Shown here: positions 37,137 through 45,667 of the stretch, in pieces | Numbering within the stretch: position 1 is the first letter of the stretch | How the letters are laid out: the number at the start of each line of letters is the position of its first letter | DNA from: an uncultured Candidatus Rokubacteria bacterium | GTDB taxonomy: Bacteria; Methylomirabilota; Methylomirabilia; Rokubacteriales; DASRDR01 | DNA length: 64,000 nt | Direction of reading: 5' to 3' | NCBI GenBank assembly: GCA_963826115.1 | Contig: CAWGVS010000007.1 | Coordinates: forward strand, 32,001-96,000 | Program-made: the position numbers and the translations under genes | The notes under the pieces: generated by a model | What the model saw: the letters and a program-made list of their open reading frames with translations, nothing else | What the model was told of the DNA's origin: nothing | Databases searched by the model: none

Positions 37137-37961
37137 CTAGGAGCGGTTGCGGAGCGTGACTTCGGTGGCGAGCGTTCGGCTGAGCGTCTGCCCCGCCACC
37201 CGCTGGCGCGCCGTCACCGAGATCCGGATCCGGCCGACGTTGTCGGCCTCGGCCTGGCTCGCGAGCGGCAGAGAGAGCGGACGGTCGCACGCACCGGCCA
37301 CCCCTGCGCACGGCCCGAAGCCCGCGCGCGGGTAGTACGTGAAGGCGAGCTCGTCGACGTCCACCGCCACCAGCGCCGCCGGGCCCGTGCCGTCGTCCCG
37401 CGTGACGCACCGGGGCACTCCCGGCGGGCAGCTCGCGGTGGAGAGTGCGTAGACCACGTCCTCCTCGCCTCGATCTGCGGTCGACGCCGGCGCCGTCACC
37501 GCGTTGTCCAGACCGGCGATCCGCCCGTTGTGGTTGCGGTCGGAGCGGACGCGCAGCGTCGTGGCGGTCGCCTGAGCGAACGGGATGGCGTGCACACCAG
37601 AGCATCCCGAGCCGCCGAGCCCGTTGGGCGCGTCCCAGGCCGGGGTTCCGGACCCGCCGAGCCGAGCGGCGCAGCGCGCCACCTTGGCGCCGTCGCAATC
37701 CTGCGACGCGGCGGTCACGAAGTCGAACGCGCAGACCGTGGCATCCCGGCCCGCCGCCCGGATCTCCCGGGCCATGAAGTCCAGCGCCGCCCGCACGTTC
37801 TGCTGCATCTCGGCCGATTCCAGCCCGACGAGGTACGCCTCCTGGGCCTTGCCCCAGGCGCCGGCCACGCCCGCCATCATCAGGGCGAGGAGCGCCAGGA
37901 CGATGACCAGCTCGGTGAGACCGACCCCGCGTCCGTCGCGCGCCACCGCCCGTCTCGACAT
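37137..37961 (-). CDS. pilW: PilW-like minor pilin
   Basis: RG|VGLTELVIVL, MQQNVRAALDFMAREIRAAG and C-terminal EVTLRN. Confidence 0.85.
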   Translation of the reverse strand: MSRRAVARDGRGVGLTELVIVLALLALMMAGVAGAWGKAQEAYLVGLESAEMQQNVRAALDFMAREIRAAGRDATVCAFDFVTAASQDCDGAKVARCAARLGGSGTPAWDAPNGLGGSGCSGVHAIPFAQATATTLRVRSDRNHNGRIAGLDNAVTAPASTADRGEEDVVYALSTASCPPGVPRCVTRDDGTGPAALVAVDVDELAFTYYPRAGFGPCAGVAGACDRPLSLPLASQAEADNVGRIRISVTARQRVAGQTLSRTLATEVTLRNRS

Positions 37962-37975
37962 GTCGCCCCTCCCGC

Positions 37976-38395
37976 TCAGTTGGACCGGATCGTCACGAGG
38001 GTGGTGCGGTGGACGGCGCCGGGCCCCGCGCCGCCGAACTCGACCACGGCGGTGATCGTCGTGCTGGTCGGCGTCGGCACGCCGCTCTCCACCGCGACGC
38101 ATCGGCCGAATCCGGCGAGAGCCGCCACCGGACGCAGCCCGGCGTCGCAATCGGCGGGGGGCGGCGCCGACGACCCGTCGAAGCTCAGGCTCGGCAGACT
38201 CGCGTAGTCCACACTCTGGGCGCGCTCGATCGCCTCCTGGGCGAGGAGCGTCGCCGTGGTCTGGACGCCGGCGGCGACGATTCCATACAGGGAGTACGGG
38301 ATCGCAGCCGCCAGCACGAGGAGCGCCACCGCCATGAGCACCATGGCCACCATCAGCTCCACCAGGCTGACACCCCGCTGATTCTGCGTATTCAC
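37976..38395 (-). CDS. pilV: PilV-like minor pilin
   Basis: QRG|VSLVELMVAM..AVALL and ATLLAQEAIE; GTG start at 38395. Confidence 0.82.
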   Translation of the reverse strand: MNTQNQRGVSLVELMVAMVLMAVALLVLAAAIPYSLYGIVAAGVQTTATLLAQEAIERAQSVDYASLPSLSFDGSSAPPPADCDAGLRPVAALAGFGRCVAVESGVPTPTSTTITAVVEFGGAGPGAVHRTTLVTIRSN

Positions 38396-38483
38396 GGCTT
38401 CTCTCCCGCTCTCCGTCGGAGTTCCCCGCGTCCCTCCGCCCCGGCGTGATCCACGGCCACCGGATCGGGACACTGCTCCGGAG

Positions 38484-38499
38484 TGCAAGCGATGGGCCG
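38484..38499 (-). promoter_or_regulatory. sigma54 promoter upstream of the minor pilins
   Basis: CGGCCC-ATCGC-TTGCA with exact GG-N10-GC spacing. Confidence 0.6.
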
Positions 38500-38606
38500 A
38501 GGGCTCGAGCACCGCGCGTGGCGCGCCGGCGCTCAACGATGGCGGCGACGTCTAGCGGTGTGGGAGGCGCGGAGACGACGACATCCGTCCGCCGGGGGTG
38601 GGCGGA

Positions 38607-39503
38607 TCAGCTGGCCGTGGGGACCTCGTCGCTCTTGGGGGGGTAGCCGGTGACGCGGTTCCGGCCCGCGCGCTTCGACCCGTAGAGGGCCTCGTCGGCC
38701 GCCCAGACGATCTCGTCCGAGTTCCGGCCGTCCTGAGGAAACGCGGCGAGACCGATGCTGACCGTGATGGGGTTCAGGCTGTCGGGCGCCATGACGCTCG
38801 ACTCGACCCGCCGGCGGAACCGCTCGGCGAACACGAGCGCGTCGGACTTGCCCGTCTCGGGCAGGATGAAGGCGAACTCCTCGCCGCCGACACGGCACGG
38901 CACGTCGCCCTCGCGCGAGGCCGAGCGCATGAGAGCCCCGAGGGCGCGCAGCACGGCGTCGCCCTTGGGATGGCCGAACTCGTCGTTGAACTTCTTGAAG
39001 CCGTCGATGTCGATCATCAGCAGGCTGAACGCGTGGCCGAAGCGGCTGGACCGGCTGATCTCCTCGCGGAGTCGCAGGTCGAAGTTCCGCCGGTTCCCGA
39101 CCTCCGTGAGCTCATCGGTGTGCGACATCTCCCGGAGCCGGAAGTTGGCCAGGCGGAGCTCCTCGACGATCCCGTCCGCCCGGGCGCCGCTCATCCGTAG
39201 CCGCTCGAGCTCCTCGTCGAGGCTCCGCTGCATGTGCCCGAGGACGTCGCTGTAGATCATGTAGAAGCCGGCGAGCTCGAGGAACGCGAGGATCGCGAGG
39301 AGCGCGAAGAAGACGGGCGCCCCCTTCGGATAGAGGGGCGCGTTCGCGGTCGACGGCAGCATGACCGGGAGGCCCAGGTAGATGAGGAACAGCAGCGGGA
39401 GCAGCCCCGCCATGAGGAAGGCAAAGAGGAACTTCTTCCGGATGTCGCGCCCGGGCAGCACCACCCGGGGTCGGCCGGGCCGAGTCGGCTCCCGCTCAGC
39501 CAA
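38607..39503 (-). CDS. Membrane-bound diguanylate cyclase
   Basis: Two TM helices, coiled coil, DELTEVGNRR, DIDGFKKFNDEFGHPKGD, I-site REGD and GGEEF; TTG start overlapping the pilD stop (start uncertain). Confidence 0.92.
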   Translation of the reverse strand: MAEREPTRPGRPRVVLPGRDIRKKFLFAFLMAGLLPLLFLIYLGLPVMLPSTANAPLYPKGAPVFFALLAILAFLELAGFYMIYSDVLGHMQRSLDEELERLRMSGARADGIVEELRLANFRLREMSHTDELTEVGNRRNFDLRLREEISRSSRFGHAFSLLMIDIDGFKKFNDEFGHPKGDAVLRALGALMRSASREGDVPCRVGGEEFAFILPETGKSDALVFAERFRRRVESSVMAPDSLNPITVSIGLAAFPQDGRNSDEIVWAADEALYGSKRAGRNRVTGYPPKSDEVPTAS

Positions 39504-40527
39504 GGTACCACTCCATGATGGGCCGGCCCCAGACGGCCGCCACGATCCCGCCGGCCGCCAGGAAGGGCCCGAAGGGCAGGTACTCGCCGAAGCGCCGGCG
39601 CCCCGAGACGAGCAGCCCCGCCGCCACCACGCCGCCCAGCATGATACCGACGAACGCGGCCACGAGCCCGCCGCCCACGCCGAGCGCCGCACCGATGAGT
39701 CCCGCGAGCTTGATGTCGCCCCCGCCCAGGCCCGTGCGTCCGAGCACCGCGTAGCTCACCCAGGCGACCACGAAGAACAGGCCGCCCGCGATGATGCAGC
39801 CCGCGACCACGTGGTCGACCTGGGCCAGCACCCTGAACGTCAGCGGCACGTCCGGCATCGTCAGGGTCGCGACGTCCACGACCGCCAGCTGGCGCCCGAC
39901 CAGCGCGCCCCACGCGCCGGCCCAGTAGACGTCGAGGCGCCGGCGCTCCGCGGGATCGACCTCGTCGTCGCCCTCGGGCGCCGGTGGAGGCGGCCCACCT
40001 TGCGCGGCCGCCCGGCGCGCCCGCATCGCCGCGATCAGGCCGAAGACGACCCCGCCCACGATGGCGCCGAGGCTCCCCCGTGAGAGGCCCTCGGGCGCCA
40101 GCACGCAGGCGCCGACCACCGCCGGGAGCGTGATGCGATCCGGGATCCGGCGCGTCTCGAGATCCGTGAACGCCGTCGCCACCATCGCCAGGCAGAGGAG
40201 AAAGACGCGGAACGCCTCCCACGTCGGACCGAGCTGCCACAGCGCCAGCGCGCCCATGAGGATGGCGAGGGCCTCGACCAGCGGGTAGCGCCAGGGGATG
40301 GCCACGCCGCAGGCCCGGCACCGCCCGCCGAGCACGATGTAGGACAGGAGCGGGATGTTGTCGACGGGCCGGATCGGGGTGTGACACTTCGGGCAGTGCG
40401 AAGCGGGCAGGACGATGCTCTCCCCCCGCGGCAGCCGCGAGATGCACACGTTGAGGAAGCTGCCCAGGAGCGCGGCCAGGATGACCCCGGCCGGCCAGGC
40501 CACGACGGGCGGGAGCGTGGTGCTCAC
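39496..40527 (-). CDS. pilD: Prepilin peptidase / N-methyltransferase
   Basis: GSFLNVCISRLP, SHCPKC..GRCRAC, YPLVE, TDLETRRIPD, GGGDIKL and PFGPFL. Confidence 0.95.
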   Translation of the reverse strand: MSTTLPPVVAWPAGVILAALLGSFLNVCISRLPRGESIVLPASHCPKCHTPIRPVDNIPLLSYIVLGGRCRACGVAIPWRYPLVEALAILMGALALWQLGPTWEAFRVFLLCLAMVATAFTDLETRRIPDRITLPAVVGACVLAPEGLSRGSLGAIVGGVVFGLIAAMRARRAAAQGGPPPPAPEGDDEVDPAERRRLDVYWAGAWGALVGRQLAVVDVATLTMPDVPLTFRVLAQVDHVVAGCIIAGGLFFVVAWVSYAVLGRTGLGGGDIKLAGLIGAALGVGGGLVAAFVGIMLGGVVAAGLLVSGRRRFGEYLPFGPFLAAGGIVAAVWGRPIMEWYLG

Positions 40528-40832
40528 GTCCCGCGCTCCGCGTCAGCCGCGCCGTACCGCTGGATCGCGCGCGCCAGCACCTGGGGCCAGCGGCCGCGGT
40601 CCCGGAGCGCCCCGAAGCCCTCCGGCGCGAGCACCCGCTCGACCTCGGCCCGGCTCACCGACACCTCGCCCTCGCCGCCGGCGAGCACCACCGTGTCGAG
40701 GACCGAGAAGCGCTCGAACACGCGGATCGCGGTCGCGAGCGCCAGGGTCTCGCGCTCGGCGGGCAAGGGGTCCGCCGCGCCCACCCGGAGCGTTACCCCG
40801 GCCAGGCTGACGTTGTCGACCCAGGTCTTCAC
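40524..40832 (-). CDS. Small hypothetical protein (102 aa)
   Basis: GTG start and stop each overlap a neighbour by GTGA; globular-looking sequence VKTWVDNVSLAGVTLRV... Confidence 0.7.
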   Translation of the reverse strand: MKTWVDNVSLAGVTLRVGAADPLPAERETLALATAIRVFERFSVLDTVVLAGGEGEVSVSRAEVERVLAPEGFGALRDRGRWPQVLARAIQRYGAADAERGT

Positions 40833-41989
40833 GCCGGCACCTCGACGGGCATGCGGTCCCGCATCATGCGGAGCGTCCGGTCCAGCACGCGGACGAGCCG
40901 CGGGTCGAAGGTGCGGCCCGCCTCGTCCCGCACGAAGGTGCGAACCTGATCGAGCGGGATCGCCCTCTTGTACGCGCGCCGCGACGTCATCGCGTCGAAG
41001 ACGTCGGCCAGGCACGCGAGGCGGCTCACCGGGTGCTGGCGCCAGCCTTCCCGGACGAACGGATAGCCCTTGCCGTCGTACCGCATGTGGTGCTCGAACG
41101 CCACGATCAGCGGGAGCCGGTTCGACCCCGGCAGCCGGGCGAGGAGATCGGCCCCCAGGACCGGGTGCCGGCACATGATGCGCCATTCCTCCGCGTCGAG
41201 GAGCCCGGGCTTGCGCAACACCTCGACCGGGATCGCGATCTTCCCGAGATCGTGGAGCATTCCGGCCATTCCGAGCTCGCGGAGGAGCTCATGGGGCAGG
41301 CCGAGCGCGAGCCCGATGCCCATCGAGATGAGGGCAACGTTGACGGAGTGGTAGAGGGTGTACTCGTCATACGACTTGATGCTGGCCAGCCTGAGCACGA
41401 GGCCTGGGCTTTGCAGCATTTGTTCCAAGATGGTGGAGGTGTACACCCGCAGGGTCCCGACGTGCTCCACCGTGAGGGCCCGCCGGGCACGGATCAGGGA
41501 CTCCACGTCCCGCAGCACCTCGATGGACCCGTAGTAGGCGCGCCGGGCGACCCCTTCCCCGCTCTGCCGGTCGGGCTGGCTCGGGGAGGCCAGGTGGAGG
41601 TGCGCGAGCCGCCGCTGGGCCACCCACTCCTCGAGGGACGGCCCAACCCCATCGGTCAGCGCCTCGAGGAGGGCGTCGATCTCCCGGTCCTCGAGGCCCG
41701 CCGTGAAGCCCACGACGCCGATCCCCCGCTCGCGCTGGCAGGTCTCGAGGAAGCGTCGGTACAGGAGGCTCTCGCGCGGGAGGATGCGGTCGTTGGCAAC
41801 GAGGAGGTCGCCCATGAACCGGTACGTCAGCCGCCCCTGCCCGCCCAGATAGGCGGTCAGGGCCTGGAAGAGGGTCTGCTTCGCGCGACGCGTCTGGGGG
41901 TGCGTCGGCAAGTAGAGACCCGCGGCGCGCAGCATGCCGTGCATGTACGTAAAGATGAGCTGCGGATCCGGCCGCGGTGCGTCACTCAT
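40829..41989 (-). CDS. HD-GYP c-di-GMP phosphodiesterase with an uncharacterised N-terminal domain
   Basis: DEYTLYHSVNV, LHDLGK, HPVLG, HHMRYDGKGYP, ADVFDAMTS.RAYK and FDP. Confidence 0.93.
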   Translation of the reverse strand: MSDAPRPDPQLIFTYMHGMLRAAGLYLPTHPQTRRAKQTLFQALTAYLGGQGRLTYRFMGDLLVANDRILPRESLLYRRFLETCQRERGIGVVGFTAGLEDREIDALLEALTDGVGPSLEEWVAQRRLAHLHLASPSQPDRQSGEGVARRAYYGSIEVLRDVESLIRARRALTVEHVGTLRVYTSTILEQMLQSPGLVLRLASIKSYDEYTLYHSVNVALISMGIGLALGLPHELLRELGMAGMLHDLGKIAIPVEVLRKPGLLDAEEWRIMCRHPVLGADLLARLPGSNRLPLIVAFEHHMRYDGKGYPFVREGWRQHPVSRLACLADVFDAMTSRRAYKRAIPLDQVRTFVRDEAGRTFDPRLVRVLDRTLRMMRDRMPVEVPA

Positions 41990-44021
41990 CGCGGTCGTCC
42001 TCGACGTCGGCGCGCGCGGCCAGCGCGGTCGCGGCCATGTCACGAAGGCGGCGCTCCGTCCGCTTCCAGGGCCAGACGCGGCGGTGCGCCAGGGCCGCGA
42101 GCGCGTCGCGCGCCCCGGGGTCGGTGATCGCGCCGAGGGCTTCCACGGCCTCCTGGCGCAGCGCCAGGTCGGCGCCCACCGCCCCCGTGCCCGCGGCCAC
42201 GTCGCGGAGAACCGGGACCGCCTCCCCGCGGCGGAGCGCCCCGAGCGCGCGCACGGCCTCCACCCGCACCTCGGGGTCGGCGTCGCTCGCCACCGTGACG
42301 AGGGGCGCCGTGGCCCGGGCCGGCGCGATGAGCGCGAGCGCGCGGGCGGCCTCGATACGGACCCGCGGATGGGGGTGCCCGAGCAGCGTCACGACCGGCT
42401 CGAACACGGCCTCGTCGCCGACCTTGCCCAGGATGAGGGCCAGATTGCGCACGAGATACCAGCGGGGATCCTCGAGCCACTCCAGGAGCACGGGCACGAC
42501 CGACGGGCCGACCTTGGCCAGCACCTGGCACATCCGCGCACGGACCTGGCGGTCGCGCTCCTCGGCCAGGAGCTGCGTGAACTCCCCCACGGCCTGCCGC
42601 GCCACGAGGCCGAGGTACTGGGCGATCAGCTCCAGCTGGCGGTCGTTGCCGCCATGCTGCCGCAGGAGTCCGCCGAGGAGGGCGACGTGCGTGCGGCCGC
42701 CCAGGCGCTCCTGGAGAACCGTGAGGTGCTGGACGCGCTCCCGGCTCCGCGCGTCGGCCTCGCGGACGGAGGCCTCGATCGACGACAGCACGTGCGTCGC
42801 CAAGTCGACCCGACCCCGGGCCAGCGCCTCGCCCAGGATCTCCTCGAGCGCGTCCGTCGCGGACGTCCCGTACTCCTCGCCGTCGACGTTGAGCACGAGG
42901 GCGAGGAGGATTTCGGCACTGCGCTCGAGGAGGGGATCCGGCTGGCACGAGGCCAGGATCTCCTCCCGCAGCTCCGCGACGAGCGGATCGTCGGCCTCGA
43001 CCACCACGCCCTCGTCCCCGAGGATGCTCGGCGCCCCGTCGCCCTGCACCGCGGCCGTGATCGCCTCGACCAGCCGGCGTCGCTGGACCTCCTCCCACGG
43101 GAACTCGAGGAGCTCCGAGCTCAGGGCGAGGAGCGACTCGTGGGGCACCAGCCGGGCCGCCATGTGTCGGATCTCGTCCTCGGTCATCTGGCTGAGGAGG
43201 TTGAGGGCGAGGACCTCGCGACCGGCCAGCGGGATGAGGTGGTCGGTGAAGAACGGTCGGAGGAGATCCTCGGGCAGCCCCAGGAGAGCCTCGACCAGGG
43301 TCCGCGTCCGCACCTCGCGGTCGGGGGCGGCCTCGACGAGCCCGTGAATCATCCCGACCGCGGCGTAGAGCCGGTCGGGGCCACCGGCCGCCGTCGCCTG
43401 GAGCCACACGACCATCGCGGGACGGTCGTACGTCAGGTCCGCGAACCGCGCCTCGACGAGCCCGACCACGGTCTCGGCAAAGAGGTCGACCACGTCGTGG
43501 CCGGTCTCGAGCATCCGCCGGGTCGCGTCGGTCGGGTCCGCGTCCCCCTCCGCCGCGTCGCCCGGCGCCGCGACGCGCACGCGCAACACGCCGCGGGTCG
43601 TCAGGAAGGCGCTCGCTCCGCCCAGCTGGCGCAGCTCGCCGTCGGGCGTGTTCAGGAGGTCGAGGAGCGCCTGGATCTCCCACTCTTCGACCGCGGCGTC
43701 GATGTCGAGCTCCCGGATGCCCCGGCTCTCGAGGTCGAACCGGAACGCCTCCAGCGCGGGATCCCGGGTCCGGAGATCGGGCCCGACCCACACGAACCGG
43801 TCGGCCTCCACGCGGAGCGGGAACGCGAGCCCCTGCTGGAAGAACTCGGCCAGCGTGCGATGCAGGCGACGGACCCACGACGAGGCGATCTCGCTCCCCG
43901 CCGGATACAGGCTGAGCGACTTCCGCGACGCCATGAGGGCCCGCAGGAAGAGGCCCAGGACCCGCTCGCCGCCTGCGGTTTCGGCGGCCTGGACGGTGTC
44001 GCTCGCGCCGCGGGCGGTCAC
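41982..44021 (-). CDS. HEAT-repeat (PBS lyase-like) protein
   Basis: DPRWYLVRNLALILGKVG, HPHPRVRIEAARAL, DPEVRVEAVRALG and LRQEAVEALG; GTG start at 44021 overlaps the upstream stop. Confidence 0.88.
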   Translation of the reverse strand: MTARGASDTVQAAETAGGERVLGLFLRALMASRKSLSLYPAGSEIASSWVRRLHRTLAEFFQQGLAFPLRVEADRFVWVGPDLRTRDPALEAFRFDLESRGIRELDIDAAVEEWEIQALLDLLNTPDGELRQLGGASAFLTTRGVLRVRVAAPGDAAEGDADPTDATRRMLETGHDVVDLFAETVVGLVEARFADLTYDRPAMVVWLQATAAGGPDRLYAAVGMIHGLVEAAPDREVRTRTLVEALLGLPEDLLRPFFTDHLIPLAGREVLALNLLSQMTEDEIRHMAARLVPHESLLALSSELLEFPWEEVQRRRLVEAITAAVQGDGAPSILGDEGVVVEADDPLVAELREEILASCQPDPLLERSAEILLALVLNVDGEEYGTSATDALEEILGEALARGRVDLATHVLSSIEASVREADARSRERVQHLTVLQERLGGRTHVALLGGLLRQHGGNDRQLELIAQYLGLVARQAVGEFTQLLAEERDRQVRARMCQVLAKVGPSVVPVLLEWLEDPRWYLVRNLALILGKVGDEAVFEPVVTLLGHPHPRVRIEAARALALIAPARATAPLVTVASDADPEVRVEAVRALGALRRGEAVPVLRDVAAGTGAVGADLALRQEAVEALGAITDPGARDALAALAHRRVWPWKRTERRLRDMAATALAARADVEDDRDE

Positions 44022-45667
44022 GGCGCCCTCCCCGCCCCAAGGGCGCCCGGCGGCTGGGCGGTGCGCGCCACGACGCCGAGCGCGGGCGCCCCGTCCCGGC
44101 TCCCGGGCGATATCGCAGCCGACCCGCGGCCGAGGCGGTCCAGGAGCGGCCGGTTGGCGTCCGTCTCCCGGACGAAGACCACGGCCTCGCGCTCCGTGAA
44201 CACCAGGCGCCATCCGCCCTGCGCGAGAAGGGTCTCGGTGAGGGGCGAGACCCGGAGTCCGAGGATCGTCTCGACGCGCCACTTGTCCAGCACCGCCTGC
44301 CAGCGCGGGCTCACGTTGACGACGTCGAGGAACTCCTTCAGCACGTCGGCGCCGTACACGTGCGTGCGGCCGTCCATGAACATCCGGTACTCCGGGTAGA
44401 GACGCCACAGCTCGTACCCGCCCCAGGCGTACACGCTGAAGAGCCGCGCCGGCAGCTGGTTCTCCCGGATGAATGCCATGGTGAGACCCGGATAGCGGCT
44501 CTCGGCGAGGTCGAGGCGGAGCGGATTCGTCGGAACCCCGGCCATCGCCACCCAGTGCGCGGACACCGCGGTCAGGAGCAGGATCGCGCCCGCGACCGCC
44601 GGCGCTCCGGGGGCCGTCAGGGCCGGCGCGAGCGACGGCAGGCGCCGGCGGACGGCGTCGCGGACGCGCGCCCAGTCGATCCGCCGCGCGCGCGCCATGG
44701 TCTCGTGGAGCCCGACCGCCAGCGGGGCGGCAGCCACGACCGCGAACAGGGGGACGTGGCGCACGGAGGTGAGCCCGAGGTTTGCGAACACGCAGATGAG
44801 TCCCACGTCGACCGCGCTGAGCCGACCGCGGCCCCAGGCGAAGGCCGGGAACAGCAGGAGCAGCATGAGCTCGAGCGGCCGGAAGCTCGCGTGGTGGAAG
44901 TTCGGGGGGAACCACTCGATGGTCGAGGTCATGAACGGCACGCTGCTGACCACCTCGAGCGGGAACAGGATGGCCCGCACCCCGAACGGATTCACGAGAC
45001 TCGCGGTGGCGGTGGCGAGCCCGAGGGCCGCCGTGAGCCCGACCACGCGCCAGCCGGCGGTGCGGCGCGCCGGGTCCACCACGAGGGGCAGCGCGGTCCC
45101 GAGTCCGACCACGGCGATCATGAGGAACGCCATCACGAAGCCCGCGTGGAGGTTCACCCAGAGCACCGTCAGCGCGGGCACCAGCACCAGCGTGTGGCGC
45201 CGGTCCACCCAGCCCGGGCGGAGGAGCCAGCCCAGGATCGCCATGAACAGGTACGTGAACGTCTGGGGCCGCGCGTGCCAGAACTCCGCGCCCGTCCACG
45301 CGGCGAGGAGCGTCACGGTCGACGCCAGGAGGGGGTGGACCCCGCGCGCCCGCATCGAGGCCAGGACCACGCCGAAGGTGGCCACCACGAGCGCGGTCTT
45401 GAGCCCGATGAGCGCGAACCGGCCCCATCGCTCCCAGAGGACCGTGAAGAGCACCTGCGTCGCCCACATGTGATTGACCCACGGCCGCCCCGCGGCCGTG
45501 TAGGAGAACGGGTCGGTCGTCGGCACCGAGCGCGTCTCGAGGATGCGCTGGCCGGACGCGAGGTACCACCAGAAGTCGAAGACCGTGAGCGACGACAGGG
45601 CGATCGTCGCCACGACCAGGAGCGTGGCCACGACGAGCGCCCCGTGGGCGGCTCGTGCCGCGGTCAT
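44018..45667 (-). CDS. Polytopic membrane protein, putative GT-C glycosyltransferase (paralogue 2)
   Basis: FDFWWYLASG..PTTDPFSYT..WVNH.W, RPQ, LWVNLHAGF, NPFG, IEW, WGGY.LW and DGR..VYG; ATG at 45667. Confidence 0.75.
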   Translation of the reverse strand: MTAARAAHGALVVATLLVVATIALSSLTVFDFWWYLASGQRILETRSVPTTDPFSYTAAGRPWVNHMWATQVLFTVLWERWGRFALIGLKTALVVATFGVVLASMRARGVHPLLASTVTLLAAWTGAEFWHARPQTFTYLFMAILGWLLRPGWVDRRHTLVLVPALTVLWVNLHAGFVMAFLMIAVVGLGTALPLVVDPARRTAGWRVVGLTAALGLATATASLVNPFGVRAILFPLEVVSSVPFMTSTIEWFPPNFHHASFRPLELMLLLLFPAFAWGRGRLSAVDVGLICVFANLGLTSVRHVPLFAVVAAAPLAVGLHETMARARRIDWARVRDAVRRRLPSLAPALTAPGAPAVAGAILLLTAVSAHWVAMAGVPTNPLRLDLAESRYPGLTMAFIRENQLPARLFSVYAWGGYELWRLYPEYRMFMDGRTHVYGADVLKEFLDVVNVSPRWQAVLDKWRVETILGLRVSPLTETLLAQGGWRLVFTEREAVVFVRETDANRPLLDRLGRGSAAISPGSRDGAPALGVVARTAQPPGALGAGRAP

